Below are positions 49,447 to 58,955 of a DNA stretch of 64,000 nt, piece by piece (within the stretch, counting starts at the first letter, position 1; each line of letters opens with the position of its first letter). Made by a program: the position numbers and the translations under genes. Source of the DNA: Syntrophorhabdaceae bacterium (GTDB lineage Bacteria; Desulfobacterota; Syntrophorhabdia; Syntrophorhabdales; Syntrophorhabdaceae); the NCBI GenBank assembly GCA_963666485.2, contig CAXXUO010000001.1, forward strand, positions 512,001-576,000. The letters run 5' to 3'. A model generated the notes under the pieces. The model was not told where the DNA came from. It saw only the letters and a program-made list of their open reading frames with translations, and searched no databases.

Positions 49447-50139
49447 TTACAGGTCAGGCAGCCCCACCTGGCCTAAAAGCTCCGACCGTGCCCGGCGCAG
49501 CGCTTCATTCCCCGGGTCCCGCTGTGACAATGAGACGGCCTTTTCTATCGCATCATACCAGTACCCGTTCGCCGCATACTTCCGTATAAGGTCCATGCCT
49601 CCCGTTGCCGAGAATTCCTTTGAAAGCCCGGGTTGAGCGGGCGTGAATATAACGCTGCCCCCGCTCACTATGTCTTTTGACCTCTGCTCCGGATCGGGAA
49701 CGATCGCGACAAACCACTGGTACTCCATCGCAGGCTGCAAAGATACCCCGCTCCCCGAGAGGGACGAGCAATAGATCCCCTCCTTCGGGGGCTTGTTCAA
49801 TTTCTTCTCGTAGACCGGTTTTACCGATTTGCCGTCATCGAGCACTATTTCGATCATAATGTCCGTAGGACGGGAGATGTACCAGCAAAAAGACGGCTGC
49901 GCGACCGACGTGGTCCCCGCGTAGTCCGGGACCAGGGCCACGAGTTTGAGCCCCGTCGTATCGACGCCCCGTGTTCCTCCTCCCACTCTCTTGCCCGGTT
50001 TGCCGAGCATGGGCGGGTTGAACTTGACCGGACCGTCCGCTTTCTTGACCTCCGGTGCCTTATCATCGGCTGAAATGGCGGGTGGTGCATAAACGAATGC
50101 GAGAAATATGACGAGAAACACTGCTGCTATGACCTTCAT
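49447..50139 (-). CDS. Exported DUF928-domain protein
   Basis: Signal peptide; P..RVGGGTRG, LVALVP, T...QPSF.WY, YQW, YA.NGYWYDAI, LL.QVGL. Confidence 0.85.
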   Translation of the reverse strand: MKVIAAVFLVIFLAFVYAPPAISADDKAPEVKKADGPVKFNPPMLGKPGKRVGGGTRGVDTTGLKLVALVPDYAGTTSVAQPSFCWYISRPTDIMIEIVLDDGKSVKPVYEKKLNKPPKEGIYCSSLSGSGVSLQPAMEYQWFVAIVPDPEQRSKDIVSGGSVIFTPAQPGLSKEFSATGGMDLIRKYAANGYWYDAIEKAVSLSQRDPGNEALRRARSELLGQVGLPDL

Positions 50140-52079
50140 GTCCTGCCCTCCTTTATTCCGTTCCCGGCATCGGATATTACCTCGAAAACGGTTAAGCGGT
50201 CCTTCTTTCCCTTCAGAGAGACCGCGCCGATACCGACCGTTTCAAACCTCCCTCCCAGCCGTTTGAGGGTTGCCTCGCCAATCAAAACCCTCCACGGCCG
50301 GCTCCGGTCGTCGGACGCCGATGCTCCCTCTTTTTGAAACCCTTCGAGGCGCGACGCAATATTGACCGTGTCCCCGATAACCGTGTATTCCATCCTCTCC
50401 GAGCTTCCGAGGCACCCGGCAACGATGGGCCCCGTAAATATTCCGATGCGTGTATAGGCTGACGGCAGGCCCCTTTTTTGCCATACGGCATTAAGCTTCA
50501 GGGTCGCATCCCCCATTTCAAGGGCGCAGAGCACTGCGCTCATCGCGTCGGCATTTATGTGGCTTTCGAGCTCTTTTTTCAGCGGGGCCCCGAAGATGGC
50601 CATGACAGAATCGCCGATATACTTGTTGATCGTCCCCCCGTGACTGATAATGACCGATCCCATCGCCTCCATGTATTCATTGAGCCAGTGAATGAGGACC
50701 TCCGGGTCGAGTTTTTCGGAGATCGAGGTAAAGCCTTTCAGATCGGTAAAAAGGATCGTCGCTATGAATTTCTGGGATGAAGGCCGTCCACCGGACATAA
50801 ATTTGTCCCGGTCTTTCCACAATTCCGCGGCGACACTTGCAGATACATGCTTTGAAAAAAGCTGCATCATGGATTCGCGTTCTGCCCTTTCGACGGTAGA
50901 GATATATGCCGTGATAAAGCCGGATGAAGCGAGGCAGGACATGAGCACCGGGATCACGGGCAGCCACCAGCCGGCAAGGAATGCGAGGAATGTGACCGCG
51001 GCGACTATGGCCAGGACACAGAAACCGGAGAGAAGGAAATGCCAGATCTTCCTTGTAAACAGCGTAAATATCCCGCCGAGCAAACCGGCGACGATTATCA
51101 GGACATATTCCAGCGATTCGGGGAAAAATCGCAGGGGCTTGCTCTCTCCCAGCGCAAAACGTATCAGCTGGGACGCCATGAATGCATGGATCTCGATACC
51201 GTACTGAAAATCCCGCGATGCCCCGAACCTGTTGATCGGCGTGTGAAAAATGTCCTTCAAACTTACCGCCGTTGAACCTATGATGACGATCTTGTTGGAA
51301 AATATCCCCGCGGGAACCTTTCTTTTCATAAGGTCATCCAGCATGATTGATTGAAACGGGGGACCCTTGTAATCGAGGATATACTGGTATCCCCGGGCAT
51401 CGATCCCGGCATATGCTGCGTCATATTCCCCGAGCGGTGTAAAGGTGGTCTTTCCTAACCTCATATGCGTCGGCTCCCTCGCATCGGGTTCCGGGACGAT
51501 CTTAAAATTTTTTAGATACTGCAATGCCAGAAGAAGCGATAACGAACTGTATACCGTCTTTCCGTCATCGAGGAAGAGAAGCCCCCGCCGGATCGCACCG
51601 TCCGGGTCCAGGATTATATCGTTAAAACCCACCCTCTCAGGATCCCGCAAGGAATATGGCCCGCCAACGCCCGGCTCCCGGTCGTCGCCCAGTTTTCTTA
51701 TAGCGAATACATTGGCCCTTTCGCGAAACACCTTTTCAAGCATTACCTTCCCCGGCGGGACTTGAATATCGCGAAGGATATCGAGGCCAATGGCCGACGG
51801 CTTATCCGCGGCGACCGAATCGAGCAGCACGGCCAGTTCACCATCCGTCATGGGCCAGTGCCCCAGGGCTTTTATGTCCCCTTCCGTTATTTTTACCAGT
51901 ATGATCCGGTCATTACGCACGCCGGGATCATACTGCAACCCGACGTAAAGATCGTAGCAAATAAGCTCTATGGGCTGGAGAATGCCGCTGAAGCGCACCA
52001 GTATTACGGAAAGCGATATCAGTGCGCTGGCGGCAAGAATGAAAAGAATGCGCGGCAGTCCCGTTCCGGGGAGATAGAT
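50136..52079 (-). CDS. CHASE2-domain class III adenylate cyclase
   Basis: IILVKITE.DI..WP, IGLDILRD, D.DG.IRR, KIVIIG.TA.SLKD.F.TP, GIEIHA; three TM; FTDLKGFT, KYIGD, YTVIGDTVNIASRLE. Start placed at ATC 52079 after GGGAGG. Confidence 0.88.
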   Translation of the reverse strand: MYLPGTGLPRILFILAASALISLSVILVRFSGILQPIELICYDLYVGLQYDPGVRNDRIILVKITEGDIKALGHWPMTDGELAVLLDSVAADKPSAIGLDILRDIQVPPGKVMLEKVFRERANVFAIRKLGDDREPGVGGPYSLRDPERVGFNDIILDPDGAIRRGLLFLDDGKTVYSSLSLLLALQYLKNFKIVPEPDAREPTHMRLGKTTFTPLGEYDAAYAGIDARGYQYILDYKGPPFQSIMLDDLMKRKVPAGIFSNKIVIIGSTAVSLKDIFHTPINRFGASRDFQYGIEIHAFMASQLIRFALGESKPLRFFPESLEYVLIIVAGLLGGIFTLFTRKIWHFLLSGFCVLAIVAAVTFLAFLAGWWLPVIPVLMSCLASSGFITAYISTVERAERESMMQLFSKHVSASVAAELWKDRDKFMSGGRPSSQKFIATILFTDLKGFTSISEKLDPEVLIHWLNEYMEAMGSVIISHGGTINKYIGDSVMAIFGAPLKKELESHINADAMSAVLCALEMGDATLKLNAVWQKRGLPSAYTRIGIFTGPIVAGCLGSSERMEYTVIGDTVNIASRLEGFQKEGASASDDRSRPWRVLIGEATLKRLGGRFETVGIGAVSLKGKKDRLTVFEVISDAGNGIKEGRT

Positions 52080-52098
52080 GGCGGCCTCCCGTGACCGT

Positions 52099-54426
52099 CT
52101 ACAGCCAGTTCCCTACCAGGACAAAGGGGGCCCAATAACAGGGGTGCTGATAACGTTCACCCTTGAGCAGTTTCAGCTGGGCCTGCCGGAGTGCCTTTGC
52201 CTTCGAGAACGATCTGTCGGTCAAATTCCTGTAAAATTCCACGACGAGGTCCGAACTGGCCTGGTCGTTGATGTACCACAGTGTTGCAAGTGCACTGCGC
52301 GCCCCGGCCTTGACCGACAGGCCGGCAAGGCCGAGTGCTGCCCTGTCGTTCGTTGCCGCCGACTGGCAGGCGCTGAGTGTCAGCAGCTCGACGGGGTTTT
52401 TCCGGTACCGGCTCATCCCGACAAACTTTTCGAGCTGGTCCATGTTCAGTTTCTCGTTCCATGTCAGGATATACGTCTCCGCGGCATTCTCCGAGAACTC
52501 GCCATGCGAAGCTATGTGCACGATGGAAAACGGGGTCTTCCTGATCTCGTCGTTGATCAGGCTGGTCTCGAATTCCTTGTTCATAAGCGCCGTACTGCGG
52601 ACCAGCTTCCGGATCTCTTCAACTTCGTACGGCACGTAGGGAAGAGGCGAAAAACCCTGGACCCCGTCGGACAATCCTGCAATGAGCACATCGTCCTTTT
52701 CCCTTCCCCGCGGGGATGCGTCTACCAGGGTAAGGCCGGGCATCGTCACGGCCGCAAATCGCGTGATGAGGAAGTCCTTCCCGTCATGGAGCGCCGCAAA
52801 AGGCATAGTCCGGAGTGTCCCGTCCGGTACGAATATTATGGTGTCGACCTTCTGCGCAATAAGGTCCGCCTCGATGGGGCGCACCATCCAGTCGTACAGT
52901 TTCTGCCCGTGGACCATGTATTCACGGGATGTCCTGTTCTCGAGGGTGCGCCTGAACTGCCGTATCTCTTTCGCGACCGTGTCCCGGCCCAGGCCGACCG
53001 TGTATTTCCGGAAACCCCGGGGCAGGCCGGCAATGACCTCGATGCGGTCCGGGAGGGTTATAAAGTAAAAGATCGCACGGCCCGGGTGGACAAGATCGGC
53101 GTTGTCTATTTTGATTCGTTTGGCCGCCACGCAGCTGTTTTGAAAATAGTCCTGCAGCTCCGCCGCCCGCAGGAGCTCCACGGCCTGGATCGCTTCGAGA
53201 AGATAGGTCTCCGATTGCTTTTCGTCTCTTTTTGAGGCTGCTTCCTTCAGGAGAAGATTGACGAATTCCACGTAGATCGGCTCGGCGGAATCGGTGTATG
53301 TCGCCTGGTTGTAAATGCGGCAATCCCCCGAAAATTCGTACCGGATCGACTGGAGAACGTTGATGGTCTTGCGATACGCGAGAAGGGCCTCCTGTGCGTT
53401 GCCTGTCCGGACCATCAGCCGCGCGGTCTGCCAGTACCACCGGTACAGGGATTCAAGCGCCCCGGCGGCCTGCGCCTCGAAGATCGCCTGCCGGGTATAC
53501 CGCATCGCCGCATCGTAGTCGCCCTCGTTTTCGCTTAAAGCCCCGAGGTAGCCCGATGCGTACGAGAGGGAAACGTGGTCCTTTATCGGTTCCGCGCTCT
53601 TGAGTGCCCCATCGAGCGCCCTGCGCGCCTCCTTTGTCAGCTCCGCCTTCCGGTTGGGTGAACGTGATGCCAGTGCGGTGTACATCCGGGCGATCCCGAT
53701 AAGCCCGTATGCCTTGTCATGCGAATCCGGCAATGCCATGTGCCGTGCATACGCCGACCTGAGCGATGCCTCCGCGGACCTCACGTCATCCCGCGCGAGG
53801 GATGTACGGGCGGAATTCGACATGGCCCGTGCCGCGAGAAGATTATTTCCGGTGCGCACGGCTAGCTCATAGCTTCGCTGATAAAGCCCTGTGGCCTCGG
53901 CGTACTTCTTCTGGAGAAAAAGTAGGTTGCCTGTATTATTGAGCACCGCAGCCAGTGCTGCGTCATTTTTGGTTTCTTCCGCCAGGCGCTGTGCCTCTTC
54001 AAGTACTTTCGCGGCTTTGTCCAGATCGTTGGTCAGGAGATAGCTATTGCCGATATGGGCGAGAATGACCGCTTCCTTATCGTTCGGCTCCGTTTTCTTT
54101 GAAAGCCTGAGGGCCGTTTCCAGGCATTTCTGCGCGGCCCGGTAGTGCCCGAGGGAATTGTATGCCAGCGACAGGCTAAGCAGGACGTCCGCCTGTTCTT
54201 TCACCCGGCCGAGGTCCCCGAGAACTTTGTCGGCCTCGATCCCTCGTTTGATGGCGCCCGTAAAATCACCGTTCTTGAGTCCGTCGTTCATCTGTTCGAC
54301 AAGCTTTTCCGCCGCCGCAGTTTCCTTCGGCGCTTCGTTTTGCTGCACGTCTTCGGCCATGGCGGTACCTGAAAAGAAAAGGGCACATACGATGGCGATT
54401 ATAAATATATATTTCATGATTTTCAT
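52099..54426 (-). CDS. Exported TPR plus CHAT (caspase/separase-like) protease
   Basis: Signal peptide ending AMA; TPR repeats; FVPDG.L..PFAAL, HIASHG (His), LSACQS (Cys), ATLW.I.D, HPCYWAPFVLVGNWL. Confidence 0.92.
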   Translation of the reverse strand: MKIMKYIFIIAIVCALFFSGTAMAEDVQQNEAPKETAAAEKLVEQMNDGLKNGDFTGAIKRGIEADKVLGDLGRVKEQADVLLSLSLAYNSLGHYRAAQKCLETALRLSKKTEPNDKEAVILAHIGNSYLLTNDLDKAAKVLEEAQRLAEETKNDAALAAVLNNTGNLLFLQKKYAEATGLYQRSYELAVRTGNNLLAARAMSNSARTSLARDDVRSAEASLRSAYARHMALPDSHDKAYGLIGIARMYTALASRSPNRKAELTKEARRALDGALKSAEPIKDHVSLSYASGYLGALSENEGDYDAAMRYTRQAIFEAQAAGALESLYRWYWQTARLMVRTGNAQEALLAYRKTINVLQSIRYEFSGDCRIYNQATYTDSAEPIYVEFVNLLLKEAASKRDEKQSETYLLEAIQAVELLRAAELQDYFQNSCVAAKRIKIDNADLVHPGRAIFYFITLPDRIEVIAGLPRGFRKYTVGLGRDTVAKEIRQFRRTLENRTSREYMVHGQKLYDWMVRPIEADLIAQKVDTIIFVPDGTLRTMPFAALHDGKDFLITRFAAVTMPGLTLVDASPRGREKDDVLIAGLSDGVQGFSPLPYVPYEVEEIRKLVRSTALMNKEFETSLINDEIRKTPFSIVHIASHGEFSENAAETYILTWNEKLNMDQLEKFVGMSRYRKNPVELLTLSACQSAATNDRAALGLAGLSVKAGARSALATLWYINDQASSDLVVEFYRNLTDRSFSKAKALRQAQLKLLKGERYQHPCYWAPFVLVGNWL

Positions 54427-54430
54427 ACCT

Positions 54431-57400
54431 TTACTGTATCGGGCTGGCCAGAAGGCCGCCGGGCTGCGGCGGCAGGCCATCCCGCCCTTTCATCACGAAG
54501 GTGCTCATCTCCTCCTCGTTCTCCGCGCAGGCCTTCGGCACCAGGGAAGCGAGGTTTAGAAACGTGTCCGGGAGATCCACCATGGTGGCGCTCACATCCA
54601 CATAGGGGGCACTGATGCCCACCGTGCCTGATAGGCCGAAGCTCGATGATGCGCTGACAATACTGTCCAAGCTCTGCAGGAAGACATCCGTGATGAGGCT
54701 GATGTGACCGCCTTCTCCATATACCGCATTCGCAATGATCTTACTGGCATTCTCGAGCACAACAGCGTCCGCAGCAATAAAGATATTTCCGCCGTTTCCG
54801 TATCCGCCGACACTTGCAGAAATGCTGCTATTGATAAGATGGAGAAGCCAGGGGTCTATCGTAATGTTGCCGCCGTCGGAGCTTACTGTTGCGGCGGTAA
54901 TGGAGCTGTCCCTCAATTCGATCAGGCCCGGGACTTTGATGCTAATGTTGCCTCCTGTGCCGGTGCCCTTGCTTTCTGTTGTGATCTTGGAGCCTGACGA
55001 AAGATAAAGGTCCGAGGACGCAACATTTATATTACCGCCATTTCCTGTCGAGCCGATGCCAGTATTGGCGTAAATGCCACTATTGTTGGATAGGTTTGCA
55101 GCCCCAGAGGCTGAAATATTTATTGATCCTCCGTGTCCAGCTCCCTGTGTTGTTGTAATAATGTCACCGGCATTTAATGTCATACTGCCCACAGCCATGT
55201 TTATACTCCCGGCGTTTCCGGAACCGGTTGTTGCCGCCTGGATAAAGCCGGTATTTCCGACATATAGGGAAGGAGTATTGATGGTTATGCTCCCGGCATT
55301 GCCTGTTCCGCTTGAATCGGCTCCAATTGAGCTTGACATATCAGAATTTTTTCCCGTTATAGTTACAGATTGGGTAGAAGCAATTTTGATTGATCCTCCT
55401 ATGCCCGAAGATTCCGTGGATGTATTTATTTGGCCTCCATTGTCTAGTAATAAAGTTCCTACATTGAGGCCTATGCTCCCCGCATTTCCTCCAGAACGCG
55501 TCATCGCTTGTATCCCACCTTGGTCCAGAACACTTAAAGAGGGACTGGATATCGAGATATTGCCTGCACTACCGGGGCCGACTGTATTTGCAACAATGCC
55601 GCTTTGCAGCCCCGTGGGGCTAATCCCCGACACAAGCATTCCCTGCGTTGCATTGATGTTGATGTGCCCGCCAGAACCAGAACCGATCGTTGATGCTACT
55701 ATCCTGCCACCGTCAACCAGTGACAATTCGCCCACGTTGAGGTCAATACCACCCGCATTGCCGGTAGATACTGCTCCAGCTTGGATGCCCGCATTAACAA
55801 TACTCAAAACGGGCGTGGTTACTGATATATTACCGCCATTTCCTATTCCCGCCGTCGTCGCGCCAAGGCTGCTTGGGGTGCCTGCGGCATCCTGACCCGC
55901 AATGTAGACAGAATTGCTTGCATTCACATTGATTGAACCGCCCGATCCCGATCCCATCAACATGGTCGATACAAAAGCCCCTCCCGTCACGTTCATGGTT
56001 CCGACATTTATGGTAATCGCACCCGGTTTGCCGGAACCAAACCCCGTTGATGAATCTATTACTGCGGTGTCGGCAACATTCAGGACAGGAGCGTATACGG
56101 TTATATTGCCCGCGTTTCCGTCATTCAAAGTACCTGCGTAAAGTCCGCTTCTGCCCGCTGTTCCCCATCCGGATATCGTGACTGCGCCCGTTGCATTAAC
56201 GCTTATCGAACCTCCGGTCCCCGGGCTCGCCGTCGCTGATGTCACTTTCCCGCCGTTGAGAATAGAGAGAGAACCGGTATTCAGGGTAAGATTGCCGGCA
56301 TTCCCCTGTCCTATTGTCATCGATTGTATATAGCCATTATCACCAATATATAAGGAAGGTGCCGCTATTGTCACATTCCCTGCGTTTCCGGAACCTGCGG
56401 CGGCAGACAAAATATAAGTGCCGGTGTCTGAGATAGAAGCAGACTTTGTTGCCGTAATATTTACGGAACCACCTGAACCGGCACTGTAAGTCGTTGTATC
56501 AATAGTGCTTTTATCAGAAAATGTGAAGTCCCCTGCGTTTATATTGACATCACCAGCTCGACTCGTATTCATTGAATAAGTTTTAATTGTACTGGAACCG
56601 AGGATATTGAGCCAATTGCCCGCGGAAAGACTTATAAGCCCGCCGGGGCCGGTTCCAGTCGTCAATACCCCGTCATCTGCTGTCGAATCAAGTACTGAAT
56701 GAGACAAATTGATCTTATCGGCGGCAAGAATAATATTTCCGGCAGGTGCACTTGTCCCCCGGTATGTGTATGAAGAAAACCTGCCTTGGGAAATGTCCAT
56801 TAGATCGCCCGCTATGGCAGTGATCGTACCCCCGGCACCTGTACCGGAATATGACGTCCATGCCCTGAAAGAGTCATCGGAAATTTTCATTGTTCCGGAC
56901 CGTAAGTAAATATTGCCGGAAGGGGCATTCGTAGAATGGTCCGAATAAGAATAAAATTTACTTGTCGAAATATCCATCGCTCCTGTTGATGTAAGAGAAA
57001 TTGACCCCGCAGCTCCGGTTCCGGACTTATATGATTCAGAATCAAACGTGCTTCCGGAAACTGTCATAGTCCCGGATTGAAGGTTTATAGCCCCAGCGGG
57101 AGCATTTGTGGAATAATTCGAATAAGAAGAAAATTTACTGGACGAAATATTCATAGAATCAGTTGCTGCGGCAGTGATTGACCCTCCTGATCCAGTACCG
57201 GAGCTATATGTGTCAGCATCAATCGTGCTTCCGGAAATTGTCATAGTCCCGGAATTCAAATTTATGCCTCCGGCGGGCGAATTGAGACCAGATAACGTAT
57301 ATGAATAAAGTTTGCTACCAGAAATATTCATCAACCCATCCGCGGTGACATTGATCGTTCCCGCCGGCCCAGCACCGCCGTATGTGTCCGCATCGAGTAC

Positions 57401-58870
57401 GCTACTGGTTAAATTTATTGATCCCCCTTTAAGCCTGATATTACCGGCCGGCCCACTCGAATATTCTGAATAGGTATCGATGTGACTGCTACCCGAAATG
57501 GTCATAGCACCCAGCGCTTCCGCACTAAATAATCCCCCCGACCCTGTGCCGGATTTATACGTAGTTGCGTCAATCAAGCTGCTTCCGATAATATTCAAGG
57601 ATCCGGCATTGAGGGTAATATTCCCGGCAGGCGCATTGGGAGCTTTATAGGTGTAAGATATTAGTGAGCTCCCCGAGATACTTGTTAAACCGCCAGAAGT
57701 CATATCGATTGTCCCGCCGGCACCCGTCCCATACGATGTGTCAGTGTCCAGTGTACTGTTCGTCAGGGTAATGGAATCGACTGCCTTCAGTGTGATTTTC
57801 CCGGCAGCCCCGGAAGCCCCGTAGCTGCTCGAATCGATATAACTGTTGGTGAGATTAACAGTATTCGAATCCAAAGTTGTATTTCCCGCTTTACCCGAAC
57901 AGTACAATGTATATGCGGACATACTACTTGAAACCAACGATATCGAACTGGTTGCCTTGATATTAATATCTCCAGAATTTCCTGAACCCGTTGTCGTTGT
58001 TTTTATTCTTCCTCCCGATATAAAAAACTGGCCTCCCTGGATGTATACTGCTCCGCCCGTTGTTCCATTTGTATCTACATCGCTCGTATATCCGGATGGA
58101 TAAGGATGCGCGGCCGTATTTCGCAGTATTTGAACATTACCGAGATTTGAGGAAACTTGCACTAAAGGGGGACCTGTAGAGATGCTAACTTCCCCGGGGG
58201 ATGCAACGCTGACGAGGCTTACCTGTCCCCTTTGCGCCCGAAGAACTGCGTTATCCACGGTAATATCGCCTCCGACCACCGACAGGTTCTTTCCCGCCGG
58301 CATGACGAGCTTTGTGTTGGGCTGAAAATTAATGGATGCAGGCGTCGTCGCCAGAAAACCGAAAGCCGACGGCGTGTCGGCGGTCAGGATATCCCCCGTC
58401 GATGAGTTCGCGTAATAACGCCCGCCCGTACCCAGCTTGATGTAGTCGGCGGTGCTCACATGAAAAGCTCCGCTTATGCTAAGAGAGGCGCTGGGGCCAA
58501 AAACGACACCGTTGGGATTAATGAGAAACATATTAGCCCCGGCGATAGTCGAAGCTAAAAGGCCGTTAATGTTCGATACATATGACGAACCAACCCCTGT
58601 GACGCGGGAAATAACGTTCTGAATGCCGGCAGGTCCGGAAAAGACCGCACTCTCAGTATTAGTTATTCCAAATTTAGAAAAGCTGTGAAAAAGGTTGTTC
58701 CCGAACTGTGTCCCCGCCGTTATGCCATAGGCGGGGCCAGCGGAGACCACGGTGCCCCTTGTCCCATCGGCGACGATGCTCTGTGCGGACACACCACCAT
58801 GGGTCAGGATGAAAAACAATAATGTGGCAACCGCGATTGCCATTCCTGTAGATCTTTTTATTGCTGTCAT
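54431..58870 (-). CDS. Filamentous-haemagglutinin-family TpsA exoprotein 1
   Basis: Signal peptide; NLFHSF, NVISRVTG, S.ING.L, FLINPNGVVFG TPS domain; G.AG.I.I beta-helix repeats. Confidence 0.9.
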   Translation of the reverse strand: MTAIKRSTGMAIAVATLLFFILTHGGVSAQSIVADGTRGTVVSAGPAYGITAGTQFGNNLFHSFSKFGITNTESAVFSGPAGIQNVISRVTGVGSSYVSNINGLLASTIAGANMFLINPNGVVFGPSASLSISGAFHVSTADYIKLGTGGRYYANSSTGDILTADTPSAFGFLATTPASINFQPNTKLVMPAGKNLSVVGGDITVDNAVLRAQRGQVSLVSVASPGEVSISTGPPLVQVSSNLGNVQILRNTAAHPYPSGYTSDVDTNGTTGGAVYIQGGQFFISGGRIKTTTTGSGNSGDINIKATSSISLVSSSMSAYTLYCSGKAGNTTLDSNTVNLTNSYIDSSSYGASGAAGKITLKAVDSITLTNSTLDTDTSYGTGAGGTIDMTSGGLTSISGSSLISYTYKAPNAPAGNITLNAGSLNIIGSSLIDATTYKSGTGSGGLFSAEALGAMTISGSSHIDTYSEYSSGPAGNIRLKGGSINLTSSVLDADTYGGAGPAGTINVTADGLMNISGSKLYSYTLSGLNSPAGGINLNSGTMTISGSTIDADTYSSGTGSGGSITAAATDSMNISSSKFSSYSNYSTNAPAGAINLQSGTMTVSGSTFDSESYKSGTGAAGSISLTSTGAMDISTSKFYSYSDHSTNAPSGNIYLRSGTMKISDDSFRAWTSYSGTGAGGTITAIAGDLMDISQGRFSSYTYRGTSAPAGNIILAADKINLSHSVLDSTADDGVLTTGTGPGGLISLSAGNWLNILGSSTIKTYSMNTSRAGDVNINAGDFTFSDKSTIDTTTYSAGSGGSVNITATKSASISDTGTYILSAAAGSGNAGNVTIAAPSLYIGDNGYIQSMTIGQGNAGNLTLNTGSLSILNGGKVTSATASPGTGGSISVNATGAVTISGWGTAGRSGLYAGTLNDGNAGNITVYAPVLNVADTAVIDSSTGFGSGKPGAITINVGTMNVTGGAFVSTMLMGSGSGGSINVNASNSVYIAGQDAAGTPSSLGATTAGIGNGGNISVTTPVLSIVNAGIQAGAVSTGNAGGIDLNVGELSLVDGGRIVASTIGSGSGGHININATQGMLVSGISPTGLQSGIVANTVGPGSAGNISISSPSLSVLDQGGIQAMTRSGGNAGSIGLNVGTLLLDNGGQINTSTESSGIGGSIKIASTQSVTITGKNSDMSSSIGADSSGTGNAGSITINTPSLYVGNTGFIQAATTGSGNAGSINMAVGSMTLNAGDIITTTQGAGHGGSINISASGAANLSNNSGIYANTGIGSTGNGGNINVASSDLYLSSGSKITTESKGTGTGGNISIKVPGLIELRDSSITAATVSSDGGNITIDPWLLHLINSSISASVGGYGNGGNIFIAADAVVLENASKIIANAVYGEGGHISLITDVFLQSLDSIVSASSSFGLSGTVGISAPYVDVSATMVDLPDTFLNLASLVPKACAENEEEMSTFVMKGRDGLPPQPGGLLASPIQ

Positions 58871-58932
58871 AGGGAATCTCCTTTTGCAGGAACCCAAGGA
58901 CAAAATGGAAATTAAAACCCTGTTCTACGAAG
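58871..58932 (-). repeat. Degenerate copy of the tpsB 3' end (duplication scar)
   Basis: Translates EQGFNFHFVLGF versus EQGFNFQFVFGF at the tpsB C-terminus (about 61728-61790). Confidence 0.8.
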
Positions 58933-58955
58933 AAACTGGAACATCTCTCACACCC

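Noticed and set aside
52099..54426. CHAT protease as a Craspase or gasdermin-type defence component
   Set aside because: It has a signal peptide and there is no Cas7-11, gasdermin or NLR-like gene in the window; context favours envelope signalling.
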